This document shows positions 62,330-64,000 of a stretch of 64,000 nucleotides of DNA, piece by piece. A model generated the notes under the pieces. That model was given only the letters and a program-made list of their open reading frames with translations. It was not told the origin of the DNA and did no database searches. The position numbers and the translations under genes were made by a program. Numbering within the stretch: position 1 is the first letter of the stretch; every line of letters begins with the position of its first letter. This DNA is from Mytilus edulis (lineage: Eukaryota): contig NC_092354.1 of assembly GCF_963676685.1 (NCBI RefSeq), forward strand, positions 83,762,001 to 83,826,000, read 5' to 3'.

Positions 62330-63930
62330 GCTGCATTTGTTTTATGTTATGCCTGGTATGCACCCAACTGTAAAGTGGGTCTCTGCGTACAAATGTGAGT
62401 GTATCGTTTTCTGTGTCCCATCGCAAGTTTGTCTTAGTTTTACACATTTTCGGATGAAGCACGGTCTTGTTGTTCTTTGCAATTTGACGCCCATGAGCGT
62501 AAATTCAAACCAGATTTTTTTAAATACTGAACTTGATTTATGAAAGTAGTCTAACAAATCTCTTTGTTGATTGAACGGAGATCAAATTACTCCAAATAAT
62601 ACTGACCCGAATCTGTAGGAGGTAAGTTGACTATTTTGGTCATTTGGGTTAAGAAGCCAAAAAAATCTAGTTACATCACTATTCTCTTCATCAAGACCAA
62701 TATTAAGAAAGGCTTTTGCTATCTCAGTTGATACGGCGTATTAGTGCATTCTAAATCGGAGACGAATTCCGGTTAAGTCATTCAAATTTGGCAAAAGATC
62801 CACCAAACATTTTTACTCGGACTAACAGGTGTAGCTGTAGTCAAATACAATTCTGATTGGCGTAGTTGACGAGTTTTTACGTTCATGATGGTGAGGTATG
62901 TAATGAACTTTTGTGTTGGTTGATCGTTCATCAACTTTGTCGATAAATCCCCGTTTTTCTTTTTCATTTATAATTTGTCTGTTTTTCTGTAAAAGTGTAG
63001 GTTCACGACTAAGACGATTGATGTCATTTTCTGTTCTCCTTTGTGCAATCCATCAGTTGTCTCAAAAGGGTAACTTAGCAACATATCTGTTTCCATGGTA
63101 ACTTATACAATTTGCTTCATATACATCTTAGAAATGTCCGTTTTCAGATTTGTTGTAGTAATTCTTTTTACCAGCTGCTTAAACTTCCCAAAATTTCTCC
63201 AAGTTTAGGAATTCAACTTTATGACCTACTTATATGTTCATCATTGACGCACCTGTGTGATCTGGATAAACAAAAAGTCCATTGGTTGGACCGGACAGAA
63301 GGTATCTGATTTTTGACAGGACGGCAGTTGGTCTTGCTCCTCTCACTATTCTATCCTCAACAATCGACCAATACTAATCGACTCCAACTAATAGCGAAAC
63401 CTCAAACATAGGTTCATGTGACACGGGATGGGCCATACAAATACTTAAAGGGTTCATTGATACAGCTATTTCGGGTACAATTAGAACGTTACTGTCAACC
63501 AACGTATTTTCGCGGATACTTTATTTCGCGTTTCGCACTTTCTATTCCACTTCGCGGCGAATGTATTATACATTTCCTACAACTTTGATGTGATTTGCAA
63601 TCTACTACATTATGATGTTTAAGACAGTTATAACATGGACGACCCTTTTTAACAATAGGTATTCTTGCTTTGTGATCAATTATCTGAGGGCAGTTAACGG
63701 AGGCGTGTGATTCTTTACAAAATACGCATGACTTCACGTGCATTTGTCTGTTGGCTTGTTTTGTATGTACCTTTGCATTGATGTGAAATGCTGCAGTAGC
63801 GGTATGAGTTTCTGTTTAATCAGCGGAATTGCCTTCCTCCATAATATTGAGTTTGAAAAATATCAATTGCCGTAGGTCCGATAATTGCCAACTGGTTGTT
63901 TCGACATCATACACTGATGTTAACCGAACT
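62330..63930 (-). mobile_element. Second BEL/Pao LTR retrotransposon relic (gag knuckles to RT), opposite orientation
   Basis: Minus strand: SCVFCKESHASVNC...CYNCLKHHNVVDC...CRKC, VSLLVGVD, and the RT remnant RFRMH*YAVSTEIAKAFLNIGLDEENSDVTRFFWL...YRFGSVLFG. Confidence 0.85.
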
Positions 63931-64000
63931 AAATGATATAAGATAACAAACACATAATTTAATCACACAACCTCATCATATCAAGATGTTTGCACATATA

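Overview
AT-rich, intron- and repeat-dominated eukaryotic DNA. The repeat families look like those of a bivalve mollusc, most likely Mytilus (recognition, not a database result). No prokaryotic operon, rRNA, tRNA or CRISPR array is visible. One host gene crosses most of the window on the + strand: an ankyrin-repeat gene built from symmetric phase-0 exons, one 99-nt exon per 33-aa repeat. Its exons lie at 15460-15521, 16016-16033, 17040-17129, 34051-34149, 35839-35937, 40145-40243, 40887-40985, 52065-52163 and 52551-52649, with two dead pseudo-exons, and its 3' end is not in the window. Retroelements in and around the gene: a decayed Naiad-type Penelope-like element with an N-terminal GIY-YIG domain (3.9-7.1 kb) and many 3' fragments of it, a near full-length L1/Tx1 LINE (24.2-31.0 kb) and two BEL/Pao LTR relics. 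DNA transposons: two Tc1/mariner relics, a non-autonomous Helitron, fold-back MITEs and a nested 5.35-kb Ginger-like TIR element. There are also several tandem arrays, including a 5.3-kb largely frame-preserving satellite, and dispersed retrozyme-like repeats carrying minimal type I hammerhead ribozymes of three sequence families. The most noteworthy signals are the exon-by-exon birth and death of ankyrin modules with a template-switch-like junction, and the hammerhead ribozyme set. All translations and alignments were done by eye, so boundaries of decayed repeats are approximate.
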